Assembly: GCA_963802945.1 (NCBI GenBank)
Contig: CAWDKY010000015.1
Location: forward strand, 320,001 to 384,000
Source: an uncultured delta proteobacterium
GTDB taxonomy: Bacteria; Desulfobacterota; RBG-13-43-22
Direction: 5' to 3'
Length of the DNA stretch: 64,000 bases
This document shows positions 1-10,713 of this stretch, piece after piece (positions within the stretch are counted from its first letter, which is position 1; each line of letters begins with the position of its first letter). The notes under the pieces were generated by a model, which was not told the origin of the DNA, did not search any database, and saw only the letters and a list, made by a program, of their open reading frames with translations. Position numbers and translations under genes: made by a program.

Positions 1-2
1 TC

Positions 3-650
3 CTTCAAGTCATCGAGGATATCCGAACGCATATTTCAGAAGCGGATATCCTGGTAGTCAACGACGGCTCTATGGATCAAACCTCTCTTTTAGCTCGAAA
101 GGCAGGAGTCAAGGTGATCGACCATCCCTATAATATGGGGATCGGGGCTGCAATCCAAACGGGATTTAAATATGCCGGTGAACGTAATTATTCAAAGGCC
201 TTGCAGATTGACGGCGATTATCAACATCCGGCCATGGAAGGGCCCCGGCTGCTTCAGATCCTTACGAAAGAAAAAGCCGATCTGGTGATCGGCTCCCGGT
301 TTATAGAACAAACTGACTATCGTGGTTCATGGCTCCGGCGAACGGGGAATCGCCTTTTCCAATGGGTGAATGCCCTGGCGGTGGGGCAGAAGATAGTCGA
401 TAATACTTCAGGGTTCAGGGCCTATTCACATCGGGCCATTCGGCTTTTGTCTCAAACCTATCTGGGAGAGTTTCCTGAACCGGAATCCATCAGCTATCTT
501 AAAAGTCAAGGTTGTAAGATTATCGAAGTCCCGGTTCAGATGCGGAATCGGCCGGGGGGAAAATCTTCCATAACCCCGCTGAGAAGTGTTTATTACATGG
601 TCAGGGTTTTGACCTCGATTATTTCCTTTAATCAGCATTCTCGGAGGTGA
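3..650 (+). CDS. Glycosyltransferase family 2 (DPM/DPG-synthase-like), 5'-truncated by window edge
   Basis: Frame is open from the window start and reads ILVVNDGS..DQT; motifs NMGIGAA, IDGDYQH (DxD), DLVIGSRF, DNTSGFRAY. Confidence 0.9.
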   Translation, partial: LQVIEDIRTHISEADILVVNDGSMDQTSLLARKAGVKVIDHPYNMGIGAAIQTGFKYAGERNYSKALQIDGDYQHPAMEGPRLLQILTKEKADLVIGSRFIEQTDYRGSWLRRTGNRLFQWVNALAVGQKIVDNTSGFRAYSHRAIRLLSQTYLGEFPEPESISYLKSQGCKIIEVPVQMRNRPGGKSSITPLRSVYYMVRVLTSIISFNQHSRR

Positions 651-653
651 TTC

Positions 654-1034
654 ATGAATTTTTTAGCACTGAAAATCAGCACCTTCTTTTTATCGGTATT
701 TTTATTGGTCTGGATTTTTTCCCTGGTCCGCCGAAGGCTTTTGATGGAAGAATATTCCTTTTTGTGGGTCTGCATCGCCGGGGTTTTTCTGGTCCTCTCC
801 TTTTTTCACCCGATCATGGACAAGGTCGCTCACTTCCTGGGAATCGAGTATGGTCCTTCGGCCCTCTTTCTGTTTTTTAATGTAATGACCTTATTTATCC
901 TAATCCATGTTTCCATCCAGCTTTCCGATTATAAGTCCAAGAAAAGGATTCTGGCTCAGGAAATAGCCTTATTACGAGACAAGGTCGAAGAACTTTCCCG
1001 AAAGATGAGCGTTCATGAATCTGCTGACCTTTGA
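654..1034 (+). CDS. DUF2304-like small membrane protein
   Basis: Three hydrophobic segments, LGIEYGPS and C-terminal LAQEIALL; usual position after a GT2 gene. Confidence 0.75.
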   Translation: MNFLALKISTFFLSVFLLVWIFSLVRRRLLMEEYSFLWVCIAGVFLVLSFFHPIMDKVAHFLGIEYGPSALFLFFNVMTLFILIHVSIQLSDYKSKKRILAQEIALLRDKVEELSRKMSVHESADL

Positions 1035-1891
1035 TATCGAAGACTGGTACCATGTCAATTATCCCGTTGTTGACTTTACGATCTTTGATCAGCAAGGAAG
1101 ACCATCAAGCGCTTTTTGATAAAATCAGGAAGTTGACGGATTATTTGAACGGCCGGAGCATTCAAGGGACTTTTTTCGTATTGGGCCGTCTTTTGGAAAA
1201 AAGACCCGAGATCGGAGAATGGATTATTGGCCAGGGACAGGAACTGGCCTTACACGGCTTTGAGCATGATTTATTGACCGGGAAAAATCCTGACCAATTC
1301 AAAAGCGAACTGGAAAATTCTCTGCGGGTCTTTCGACAGATCACCGGAAATCATCCCTTGGGTTTTCGAGCCCCCTCCTGGTCTATTAACGAAAAAAATT
1401 GCTGGGTCCTGGAAATCCTAGAATCTTTCGGATTTGCCTACGACACCTCGGTTTTTCCTATTAAGAATTTCCTCTACGGGTTCCCCTCCGCTCCATCGGA
1501 GCCCTTTTTCCCCATCATCCGGGGACGGCAGTTGAAGATTTTAGAAGTCCCGGTTCCCATCCTCAAACTGGGGCCAAGCCGGATTGCCTATTCGGGGGGG
1601 GTTTTTTTTAATTTCTGGCCCTATACGGTGATCCGGAGAATTGTGAATCGACAAAACCGCCAGGGCCAAGCCATCCTTTTTTATTTCCATCCCTGGGATC
1701 TCTGGAAACGCTCTCCACAGCAAAACCGTCAGTTGAAAGCCCGCTGGGTAACCCTTCATCTGGGAGATACCCTACAAAAATTTGAAAAACTCCTGGAGGC
1801 CTATCCGATGGGAAGTTTATCTGCCAATCTCGATGCGCTTAAGGACCAGGCCAAGCCGGTTCGGATAGGAGGACTTCAAAATGAATCCTGA
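1015..1891 (+). CDS. Polysaccharide deacetylase (CE4, DUF3473-type), apparent frameshift near 1090-1115
   Basis: ATG at 1015 gives MNLLTFDIEDWYH (motif 1) in a different frame from the ORF 1031..1891, which carries GTFFVLG, HGFEH, GFRAPSWS, YDTS and FYFHPWD. Confidence 0.85.
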
Positions 1892-3347
1892 GAACGATCG
1901 CTTCTACCTGAAAGCCTTTTATGGGCTATTGCTCTTTCATTTCCTGATCTGGTTTTCTTTGGGTATGGTTTTTGATCTTCACCCCGATACAGCCGACCAT
2001 TGGGTTTGGTCCCGATATCTCTCCTGGGGATATTATGAACACCCGCCCATGGTGGCTTGGGGAATACGCTTCTTCACCATATTTCTGGGCAATACCCAGT
2101 GGGCCGTGGAAATATGTGCCCAGGTTATTACCTTGCTTTCTTTCCTTGGCCTTTTTCTTTTGGCCCAAGAGACTTTTGGGACAAAGGTAGCCTTTTTTAG
2201 CCTCTTGACCTTGGAGGCGACCCCTTTATTTTCTGCAGGAAGCATGATCTTACATATCAATAACTTCTGCGTCCTGTTTTATATTTGGGCGGCCTTGGCT
2301 TTTTTGAAAGGATTTGAGCAGGGAGAAAAAAAATACTACTATTTTACCGGGCTGGCTTTGGGACTGTCTTTAATGTCTAAGGTCTCGGCTATATTCTTTC
2401 CCTTTATCGGTCTTCTCTTTTTGCTGGTTTCCCAGGAAAGAAGAAAGTTGCTCCGGTCGATTCATCTATATTTAGCTCTGTTGTTGGCCCTGGTGATCTT
2501 TTCCCCTTTCATTTACTGGAATATGAATCATGGCTGGATTTCCTTCAAGGCCCAATTAGAAAAAGGACTGATCTTCGGAAGTGGGGATTGGAATTCGGTG
2601 CTCGGTTTTTGGTTCGGACAACCCGTGCTCCTGGGGCCGGTGCTCTTTATCTTTTTTTTAATGGGGCTTTGGTCCGGAATAAAAAAATTTAAGCAGGATC
2701 ATCGTTTTGCTTACCTGGTCCTTTTAACCGTCGTCCCTATACTGGTTTTTGGACTGGCGGCTTTTAGAGGAAAATATTCGGATCCGGTCTGGGCTGACAT
2801 CGGCTGGCCTTTTGGGGCCATTTTAGTCGGCAAATACTTTTCAGACTGGCTTTCAAGAGTTTCATTAAAAAAGGGAATCCTGGTCGGAGGGCTGGTATTC
2901 CTGATCGGATGGCTGCCCATAGGTCTGGTGGCCGTTCACGCTTTTTATCCTTTTATCGATCTTGGAAATCTGGGCGATCGCACCCTGGAGATGAGAGGAT
3001 GGCGTGAGTTGGGGGAAGCGGTGGGAAAAGAATACCAGCACTATTTCCCGAGCCAGAAAAAGGTCTACATCCTTGCTGATGACTACCAACTGGCCAGTGC
3101 TGTCTCCTTTTACACCCCACAGCAACCCATCCCCTATTCTTTTGGGAAATCGAAAAGGAACATTTGGGTCACGGTAGAAGAAATAGAGCAAAACGGGGCT
3201 CTACTCGTTTGTGAACCCAAAACTTGTGAAAGGGACCAGGGAAAAACCAGAATCCTTTTTGAAAAAATTGAGTTTGTTTCCGAAGTGCCGATTTATAGAC
3301 AAGGGCAAGTGGCAAAAAAGTTCAAGCTTTACTATTGTTCCAATTAG
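1881..3347 (+). CDS. ArnT/PMT-like GT-C membrane glycosyltransferase
   Basis: WSRYLSWGYYEHPPMVAW motif, many TM helices, LSLMSK and PFIYWN signatures. Confidence 0.85.
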   Translation: MNPENDRFYLKAFYGLLLFHFLIWFSLGMVFDLHPDTADHWVWSRYLSWGYYEHPPMVAWGIRFFTIFLGNTQWAVEICAQVITLLSFLGLFLLAQETFGTKVAFFSLLTLEATPLFSAGSMILHINNFCVLFYIWAALAFLKGFEQGEKKYYYFTGLALGLSLMSKVSAIFFPFIGLLFLLVSQERRKLLRSIHLYLALLLALVIFSPFIYWNMNHGWISFKAQLEKGLIFGSGDWNSVLGFWFGQPVLLGPVLFIFFLMGLWSGIKKFKQDHRFAYLVLLTVVPILVFGLAAFRGKYSDPVWADIGWPFGAILVGKYFSDWLSRVSLKKGILVGGLVFLIGWLPIGLVAVHAFYPFIDLGNLGDRTLEMRGWRELGEAVGKEYQHYFPSQKKVYILADDYQLASAVSFYTPQQPIPYSFGKSKRNIWVTVEEIEQNGALLVCEPKTCERDQGKTRILFEKIEFVSEVPIYRQGQVAKKFKLYYCSN

Positions 3348-3351
3348 GCCG

Positions 3352-4524
3352 ATGCGAATCATTTCCAGATATATTTTTAAAGAAATCCTGACCCCCTTTG
3401 GGGTTACCCTTCTGGTTTTCACCTTGATTTTTCTGCTCGGTAATTTGATGCAGTTGATTGAGATGATCGTCCAGAAAGGGGTGGGGCTTGGGGATATTTT
3501 CCGGTTACTGGGTTACACCCTTCCCTTTCTCTTTGTCTATATTATACCCATGACTTTTTTTATTTCCATCCTCTTGGGATTCTTAAGATTGTCCAGCGAC
3601 AACGAAGTAACCGCCCTAAAGGCCTCGGGGATAGGGTTTTTCCAGTTTCTACCGCCGGTATTGATTTTGAGTGTGGCCTGTTATGCCTTGACCAGTTTTA
3701 CGGCCATGGTGGCCCAACCCTGGGGAGAATACTCTCTGAAAAACTTGATCTTTAATATTGCCGTGGTTCAGGCCAAGGTGACCTTAAAAGAACGGGTGTT
3801 TAACGATCAGTTTAAGGACTTGGTTTTTTATATTCAAAAGGTGAGCTCCGAAGGTGAAATGGAGGATGTCTTTATCTTCGATCAGCGCCAGAAAGATGTC
3901 CCCCAAACCATCGTGGCCAAGAAGGGCTGGTTGATTCCCAATCCCCGGGATCGGTCTCTCAACCTGAGGCTGGAAAACGGAACCATTTATAATGTTTCCC
4001 TCGGTTCCAAGAGTGCTCAAAATATCAATTTTAAAACCTACAACCTGATATTGCCCTTAGAGCAGATGTTGTCGACCCAGGGGAAAAGGGAAAAATCAGA
4101 GACCGAATTATATCCTCTCGAACTAAAAGAAAAAATCCGTCAAACTTCACCGGGGGAAAAAAAATATTACATTTATCAAATAGAATACTACAAAAAATTC
4201 AGTCTTCCATTCTCCTGTCTCGTCTTTGGTATGATCGCCTTCCCTTTAGGACTGCAATCTCGGCTGGCCGGAAGGTCCTGGGCCGTGGTTTTTGGGGGGA
4301 TTGTTTTTTTCATATATTACCTGATTCTGTCTTTGGCCTTCGGCTTGGGGGAAAAAGGGAGCTTAAGCCCTCTGATTGGTTTATGGCTTCCTAATGTGAT
4401 TGTGGGGGTCATGGGAGGATATTTATTCTGGGTTACCTGGAAAGAAAAAGAAATCAGGTGGCTGACCGGGCTGAACAACTTTCTGGAATGGGTAAAAGAG
4501 GCCATGAAAAAAGGAAATCAGTAG
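3352..4524 (+). CDS. lptF: LPS export ABC transporter permease LptF
   Basis: Start MRIISRYIFKE; RLSSDNEVTALKASGI motif; KKFSLPF and C-terminal WLPN. Confidence 0.85.
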   Translation: MRIISRYIFKEILTPFGVTLLVFTLIFLLGNLMQLIEMIVQKGVGLGDIFRLLGYTLPFLFVYIIPMTFFISILLGFLRLSSDNEVTALKASGIGFFQFLPPVLILSVACYALTSFTAMVAQPWGEYSLKNLIFNIAVVQAKVTLKERVFNDQFKDLVFYIQKVSSEGEMEDVFIFDQRQKDVPQTIVAKKGWLIPNPRDRSLNLRLENGTIYNVSLGSKSAQNINFKTYNLILPLEQMLSTQGKREKSETELYPLELKEKIRQTSPGEKKYYIYQIEYYKKFSLPFSCLVFGMIAFPLGLQSRLAGRSWAVVFGGIVFFIYYLILSLAFGLGEKGSLSPLIGLWLPNVIVGVMGGYLFWVTWKEKEIRWLTGLNNFLEWVKEAMKKGNQ

Positions 4525-4527
4525 ACT

Positions 4528-5616
4528 GTGAAGATGTCCGGGACAAAACGATGGTTGTTTCCTCTAAGCCGATTGGCTGCCGGTTTATACGGATTTGGGG
4601 TTCGGCTTCGTCTTTGGCTGTATGGTTCGCATCTTTTGCCGATCCGACGCCTACCATTAAAGGTGATCAGTATCGGAAATCTGGCGGCCGGTGGAACTGG
4701 GAAAACGCCCCATGCCGCTCTAGTGGCCAACTATTTTAAAAAAAAGGGGATTAAAACAGCGGTCTTAAGCCGCGGCTACCGTGGGACAAAGATGAAACAA
4801 GGGGCGATTATCTCCGATGGCATTTCTATATCCGGTACCCTCGAAGAAGGCGGGGAAGAACCTTTTTGGCTGGCCCAAAAACTCACAGGAATCCCTGTGG
4901 TAGTGGGGAAAGATCGTTATCGATCAGGATTGCTTTGTTTTCAGAAATGGCAAACTGAATGGGTGGTTTTGGATGATGGTTTTCAACACCTCAGTCTGGA
5001 GCGGGAAATTGATATTTTGCTTCTACCGGGTCATCTGCCCTTTGATTCCGAAAGGCTCCTGCCCTTGGGATTTCTCCGGGAACCGATCAAAGAAATGCGC
5101 AGGGCCGATATGGTTTTAATCACCCATGCGGAAAGGCTTAATTTTTCCCAACGGGAGGAGGTGGCCAAAGAAATTCGTTCCCGGATTCCTTCCACCCCGA
5201 TTTTTTTCTCCGAACACAAACCGATGTCCCTCTGGTTTTATTCAAATAAAAAAGAGGTTCCTCTTTCATGGTTGGCCGGGAAACAGGTGGTCGGTTTTTG
5301 CGGCCTGGCCGACCCTGAATCCCTGGCCTTCAGTTTGAAACAAATCGGGGCGGATATGGTCAAGCTGGTCGAATTTCCGGATCATCACTTTTACCGGGAA
5401 AAAGATAAAAGATCCTTGGAAACCTTAAGCCGGTCCTTAAAGATCAACTTTCTGGTCACTACCGAGAAGGATGCTTTGAAGTTGGGGAAATGGGAAACGG
5501 CTGATTTGCATATCTTGGTATTAGGGATTGAAGCCGAAGTCTTGGATAGGGGTTTTTGGGAATTACTGGATCAGAATATAAGGCAAGCGGCAAGGGGTTC
5601 ACAGCATGAGGCTTAA
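4528..5616 (+). CDS. lpxK: Tetraacyldisaccharide 4'-kinase
   Basis: VISIGNLAAGGTGKTP, LSRGY, LDDGFQH, LLPLGFLRE, FPDHH, TTEKD. Confidence 0.95.
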   Translation: MKMSGTKRWLFPLSRLAAGLYGFGVRLRLWLYGSHLLPIRRLPLKVISIGNLAAGGTGKTPHAALVANYFKKKGIKTAVLSRGYRGTKMKQGAIISDGISISGTLEEGGEEPFWLAQKLTGIPVVVGKDRYRSGLLCFQKWQTEWVVLDDGFQHLSLEREIDILLLPGHLPFDSERLLPLGFLREPIKEMRRADMVLITHAERLNFSQREEVAKEIRSRIPSTPIFFSEHKPMSLWFYSNKKEVPLSWLAGKQVVGFCGLADPESLAFSLKQIGADMVKLVEFPDHHFYREKDKRSLETLSRSLKINFLVTTEKDALKLGKWETADLHILVLGIEAEVLDRGFWELLDQNIRQAARGSQHEA

Positions 5617-6706
5617 GGAATCCATTAGGGGGCTGGACAAGATTCTAATAAGGTCTCCCAATTGGGTGGGCGATGCCCTGTTGATTACACCAGCAGTTCA
5701 TCGTCTTAGAACTTATTTTCCCAAGGCTCATATCACCGTCTTGGCCAAGCCCTGGGTAAACCCTGTATTTACGGCCAGTCCTGATGTGGACCAAGTGATT
5801 CTATACCAAAAACCAGGTGTTCATCAGGGGATAGGTGGCCAGTGGCGGTTGGCGCAGGAATTAAAAAAATCAGGATTTGAGGTGGTAATCCATTTCCCTC
5901 ATTCTTTTGAAGCGGCCTGGATATCTTTTTTAAGTCATATTCCTATTAGGATCGGTTATGCCACGGAAGGGCGGGGCTTATTATTGTCCAACCGTCTTCG
6001 ATCCACTCCAGTAAGACAAAAGGAGCATCAAGTCCCCTTCTTTTTCCACCTCCTGGAGCCCCTGGGAATCCGGGAAGATCCTTCCATAGAAAAAAATCCT
6101 TTGGGTCTGAATGTCGATCAAAAAAGCCTTCAACAGGCCGAGGCTCGATTAGCTGCCCTGGGGATCGGCCCCTCTGATTTTTTAGTGGGTCTGGCCCCCG
6201 GGGCTGTTTATGGCTCAGCCAAGTGTTGGCCTTTTGCCCGCTTTGCTCAATTAGCCGAACGTCTAAAGAAGGAGTGGCAGGCCGAAGTGCTCTTTCTGGG
6301 AACGGATGACGACACCCTATCCGGAACTATGTTAGAAAGTAACCATTATTATAACCTGTTGGGGAAGACTACTCTGGGAGAGGCTTTGGCCTTGATAAAG
6401 AGATGTCGAGTGATGATCTGCAATGATTCGGGATTGATGCACGCTGCCTCTGCCCTGAATATTCCTTTAGTGGCCCTTTTCGGTTCAACCGATCTTCATC
6501 GAACCGGTCCCTGGGGGAGGATCAACAGGGTGATAAAAAAAGATTTTGTTTGCAGTCCCTGTCTCAAAAAAGTTTGCCCAAAAACTCCAACCTGCATGGA
6601 AGCCATATCAGTTGATGAGGTTTGGGAAACCTTATTAAGTTTGAAAGGACAGGGTGTTTTGAAAGAAATACCGGAGGATTTAAGCAGCGATACAGCTGTT
6701 CTATAA
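5606..6706 (+). CDS. waaF: LPS heptosyltransferase II (GT9)
   Basis: PNWVGD, LAPGAVYGSAKCWP, NDSGLMHAA, LFGST. Confidence 0.88.
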   Translation: MRLKESIRGLDKILIRSPNWVGDALLITPAVHRLRTYFPKAHITVLAKPWVNPVFTASPDVDQVILYQKPGVHQGIGGQWRLAQELKKSGFEVVIHFPHSFEAAWISFLSHIPIRIGYATEGRGLLLSNRLRSTPVRQKEHQVPFFFHLLEPLGIREDPSIEKNPLGLNVDQKSLQQAEARLAALGIGPSDFLVGLAPGAVYGSAKCWPFARFAQLAERLKKEWQAEVLFLGTDDDTLSGTMLESNHYYNLLGKTTLGEALALIKRCRVMICNDSGLMHAASALNIPLVALFGSTDLHRTGPWGRINRVIKKDFVCSPCLKKVCPKTPTCMEAISVDEVWETLLSLKGQGVLKEIPEDLSSDTAVL

Positions 6707-6723
6707 AAGTATTGGAAAACCTT

Positions 6724-7689
6724 ATGGCTCAATATGATATTTCGCCACGTTCTTTAGTCTCAAAAATAAATCCTTCCGATCGGATTGCCTTCCTTACCTC
6801 CCATCGTCTGGGAGATACCTTACTGGGGATGATCGTTGTTAATAATTTGCGTCGCGAGGGATTGACTGTGGAGGTTTTTAGTCAGGTTGTTTTTGAGTTG
6901 AAAGAATGGTTCCCCGGAGTTAGTGTTTTCCCATTTTCTGAATTCAAAAATAGAGCCTCGACCTATCAACATATTTGGTTTGAACGCCCTAATCGATGGA
7001 TTAAAAAAGCCCCCTGTCCTCAGGCTAAATCCAATGTAGTGTTGAAAGAGTCACCACTCTATCGCTTGGCCTTACCGATGAGTACTATCTTTCAATTAAT
7101 TTGTCAGTATGAACTGGGAATTTCTCATCCGGTTTTGGAAAACGGACTGGTTATTCCTGCTTCGGCCAGGGAGACAAAAGACTCCAATAAAATTATTATA
7201 CATCCAACGAGCAGCAGTTGGATAAAAAATTGGAAAATAAAAGGCTTTATTCAAGTAGGACGGCTTTTGTGGGACCAAGGTTTTAACCCCGAGTTTATCG
7301 TCGATTCTCAGGAGATTAAGGTCGCCCTTCAATTGCGTGAAGCCGGGATGATTTGTTTTACTCATTCAGACCTTGTTGCTGTAGCCAGGCATTTGGGTAC
7401 TGGTTCCTGTTTTATAGGTAATGATTCGGGTCTTGGGCAGTTAGCTTCTAATGTAGGTACGCCGACCATCACGCTTTTTACCTTGCCTCGTAGAGCCATG
7501 CGATGGCAACCCTGCTGGGCACCGGCCATGGCTGTCTTGCCCGCCCTACCGGAAAAAATTCCTGAATTATTGCAGCATATCATCTGGAAACGTTGGATTA
7601 CACCTAAAGAAGTGTTTGACACCTTTCAAAACTTCAGAAAGACCGTAAAAGAAGGCAGGAAGGGTCTTGGGATCTCCGATGTCTTATAG
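6724..7689 (+). CDS. Divergent GT9-family glycosyltransferase
   Basis: RLGDTL, IIHPTSS..KNW, FIGNDSGLGQLA. Confidence 0.8.
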   Translation: MAQYDISPRSLVSKINPSDRIAFLTSHRLGDTLLGMIVVNNLRREGLTVEVFSQVVFELKEWFPGVSVFPFSEFKNRASTYQHIWFERPNRWIKKAPCPQAKSNVVLKESPLYRLALPMSTIFQLICQYELGISHPVLENGLVIPASARETKDSNKIIIHPTSSSWIKNWKIKGFIQVGRLLWDQGFNPEFIVDSQEIKVALQLREAGMICFTHSDLVAVARHLGTGSCFIGNDSGLGQLASNVGTPTITLFTLPRRAMRWQPCWAPAMAVLPALPEKIPELLQHIIWKRWITPKEVFDTFQNFRKTVKEGRKGLGISDVL

Positions 7690-8779
7690 ACAGGTCAGTC
7701 AGGCTGGAAAATACATTGAAACCCACCAAATTGAACGGATACTTGTCATCAAGTTGACTTCGCTCGGGGATGTGGTTCATGCCTTACCGGTGGCCGCCGC
7801 ATTAAAGAGGACCTTCCCTTTTATCAAGCTTTATTGGGTGGTCGAAGATCGATGTGCCCCTTTATTGGAAAACCATCCTCTTTTGGATTCGGTCATTGTC
7901 TATCCCCGGCAGGAAATCCAAGGATTGATCTCGGAAAGAAAATGGGGTCAGGTCCTAAAAATATTTAAAAATCTCAGGCGGTCTCTAAGGGATTTGAATA
8001 TTGATCTTTCCATTGATCTGCAAGGCTTGGCCAAATCGGGATTAATGGTCTTGATGGCCTGGGCACCCTATCGGATCGGTTGTTTTGGACTTAAGGAAAT
8101 CAGTTATTTGGTATCAAAAAGCCTGCCGGAGGGGCGAGACCTCCACGCCGTGGATCGAAACTTGAAGGTGGCTGAATTCTTAGGGGCCGAGATTGAGGCC
8201 CCCAAATGCGTCATCAGTATTCAGGAAGATGAAAAGAACTGGGCCAAAGCCTTTTTAGGAAAATGCGAGGTGTCTGAAAAGGAGGTGCTTATCGGGCTTC
8301 AAATCGGGGCCTCATTTCCACAAAAGAGATGGCCTATCCTTAAGACAATAGCCTTTATTGAACAGGTCTCCCAAATCCAAAATGTCCGGGTCATCCTTTT
8401 TGGAGATCAAACCGATCAGGAAAGGCTGCTTCCTCATCTTTCTAAGATTCCTCCAAAAGTGATCAATACCGTCGGAGACCTTTCTTTACGCCGATTATTG
8501 GTCTTGATTGAGCACTGCCGGCTGTTTGTCGGGGCAGACACCGGGCCTCTTCACCTGGCCGTCGGCCTGGGACTGCCGGTCATTGCCCTGTATGGGCCCG
8601 ATGACCCCAAAAAGACCGGACCATACGGGCTTATTCACCGGCTCCATTATAAAAAGTTTCCCTGTAGTCCTTGTAATAAAACCCCGTCCTGTCAGGGCCG
8701 TTATGACTGCATGGAAGCCATTGAGGTCGATGAGGTTTTGGATTCCGTTCAGGCCTTTTTGGAAAGTTCGGGTCGTTGA
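7679..8779 (+). CDS. GT9 heptosyltransferase (WaaC/WaaQ-like)
   Basis: IKLTSLGDVVHALP, IDLQGLAKS, GADTGPLHLA, LYGP. Confidence 0.88.
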   Translation: MSYRQVSQAGKYIETHQIERILVIKLTSLGDVVHALPVAAALKRTFPFIKLYWVVEDRCAPLLENHPLLDSVIVYPRQEIQGLISERKWGQVLKIFKNLRRSLRDLNIDLSIDLQGLAKSGLMVLMAWAPYRIGCFGLKEISYLVSKSLPEGRDLHAVDRNLKVAEFLGAEIEAPKCVISIQEDEKNWAKAFLGKCEVSEKEVLIGLQIGASFPQKRWPILKTIAFIEQVSQIQNVRVILFGDQTDQERLLPHLSKIPPKVINTVGDLSLRRLLVLIEHCRLFVGADTGPLHLAVGLGLPVIALYGPDDPKKTGPYGLIHRLHYKKFPCSPCNKTPSCQGRYDCMEAIEVDEVLDSVQAFLESSGR

Positions 8780-8864
8780 ATTGAGAGTTTAAAGAAAAAT
8801 ATTTTTTCAAATGGAATTTTCTTTTCGCCGGGGACTTGGGATGGATTGGAAAAGGAGAGAATAA

Positions 8865-9110
8865 ATACCCTCGACAATCCAAGAAGAACTGAAACCCCTT
8901 TTTGAACCTGAATCCATAGCAGTTATTGGAGCCTCAACTGCCTCCAATAAATGGGATAATTGGATGGTGACCAGACCGATCCATGCCGGTTCCCGTGGCC
9001 GGATATTTCCGGTTAATCCAAAAGAAGAGGAGGTATTCGGCCTCAAAGCTTTTCCATATATTGGACCTGAAAGTTTAGTATTCAACATCGGGATGCGCTT
9101 TCCTCTCTGA
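8865..9110 (+). pseudogene. Remnant of the CoA-binding domain of an NDP-forming acyl-CoA ligase
   Basis: After an AAGGAG RBS, an ATA codon opens IPSTIQEELKPLFEPESIAVIGAS...GRIFPVNPKEEEVFGLKAFP, matching the N-termini of the ligases at 50787-52256 and 56526-57953; stops after 81 codons. Confidence 0.7.
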
Positions 9111-9177
9111 TTTCAAAACAACGGGAAGACTCCTAAAAGTCTGATTTTAACCAAAAGAAAGGATTTGGGAAGGAGGT

Positions 9178-9363
9178 ATGATTATGGTGATCAGTCAAGA
9201 ACTTTTGGAAATCCTGGCTTGCCCCAAGTGCAAAGGGGATATTCATTTAAATGAAACCAAAGACGGCTTGATCTGTGAAAAATGCCGGCTGATCTATGAA
9301 ATCAAAGACGATATTCCGATCATGTTAATTGAAGAGGCCAAACCCTATAACCACGATCCATGA
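9178..9363 (+). CDS. Trm112/YcaR-like small protein
   Basis: LLEILACPKCKG...YEIKDDIPIMLIEEA; strong RBS. Confidence 0.9.
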   Translation: MIMVISQELLEILACPKCKGDIHLNETKDGLICEKCRLIYEIKDDIPIMLIEEAKPYNHDP

Positions 9364-9544
9364 TATAAATGGCCCCTGGTTCTTTCCATAGCTGGTCAAG
9401 GATTTGTATGTTGTGAACTTTTTCATGAGTAAATAAAATCAAGGTTGGGGTTCAGGGTGGCCATTTTGAAGTGCGCCCAGGTCCTCAGCCTGCAGGACCA
9501 CAACTTTGTCCGTAAAGACCAAGGAAGCTAACGAGTAAGGAAAT

Positions 9545-10405
9545 CTAGGGCTTCCACCTGCGGTGGATCCAGGTCCACTGTGAAGGATGTTTCCGTACGA
9601 AGGCTTCTATTAAATCGTTGTATTTTTGAGTATTGGTGAGGATGGTTTCCTCGGCGTCGCCTAGAATATCAAGAGGTATTTCTTCCGAGACTTCTATCTG
9701 GTGGCAATAATTCTCGTCCCGGTAGTTGTAAGCTATGACAATTGGAGTGTCTGTCTTCATGGCGATGAGAGCAGGTGCTCTCATCGTATAACAGGGAAGT
9801 CCAAAAAAATTTGCCTTTATTCCTTGATGCCCGCCTACGTGCTGATCAAAAGCAATCCCTATGACTTCATTTTTCTTTAGTAACCTTAAAATACTAAAAA
9901 TAGATTTTGTATCTGGTAAAAATTTAACACCTTTGTCTTCCCTGATTTTCTGCCAATATAGATTTACGGTCTTATGCGTAGCTTGCCTGGTAATAATATG
10001 AGCCCCTACGTTATATAACGCCTGTCCAGTACTTAAATAATCCCAGTTTCCGTAATGCCCGACAAGGACCATGAGCCCTTTACCTTTCAAGAGCGCTTTT
10101 TTAGCGTTCTCCAGGTTCTTTATTTTTATTTTGGTTTTTAATTTTTCATTTGATTCTTTAGGTAATCTCAAAAACTCGGCCATACATGTGCCGTAATGGA
10201 CGAAGTTGTCTTTAGCAATCTTATATATCTCATCCTCATTTTTTTCTTCTTTAAACGATTTTTTTAGATTGGCTATGACTAGTTTTCTTCTAAAGCGTAT
10301 AATATAAAACCAAAATAAACCGAACCCCCTACCGATCTTAAGAGCTAAGCTTTCAGGGAATATATTAAAAAAATTGATAAATAATTTAATTAAAAATATG
10401 GACAT
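9545..10405 (-). CDS. Lipid A late acyltransferase (LpxL/HtrB family)
   Basis: GHYGNWD catalytic motif, FDQ, FFG, PSQWTWIHRRWK; visibly AT-rich; start codon uncertain. Confidence 0.88.
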   Translation of the reverse strand: MSIFLIKLFINFFNIFPESLALKIGRGFGLFWFYIIRFRRKLVIANLKKSFKEEKNEDEIYKIAKDNFVHYGTCMAEFLRLPKESNEKLKTKIKIKNLENAKKALLKGKGLMVLVGHYGNWDYLSTGQALYNVGAHIITRQATHKTVNLYWQKIREDKGVKFLPDTKSIFSILRLLKKNEVIGIAFDQHVGGHQGIKANFFGLPCYTMRAPALIAMKTDTPIVIAYNYRDENYCHQIEVSEEIPLDILGDAEETILTNTQKYNDLIEAFVRKHPSQWTWIHRRWKP

Positions 10406-10713
10406 CTTTTCCGTGGGTCCGGCGTCCCAGGGCAACGGCAGCGGGATTCTTCTCTTCTTGGGTAGGTTGTTCGACTTCTGGTGCAGGGTTCTTAACTGTT
10501 TCCTGCACCATGAATTTAGCAAGTTGGTTAATATCGGCAGGAGCTTCCTTTTTAGTCATGCTTTATCCTATAGCATGACCGCTCAAGGAAATCAAGAAGG
10601 AGAAAAATCAAACTGACCCACTACCATTTTTACACACATAATGACATGACTCCTTCAGTAAGGATGGCCTCTTAAAATGAGTGGATTGCCAGAAAAAAGG
10701 GAGGGACAAGACC

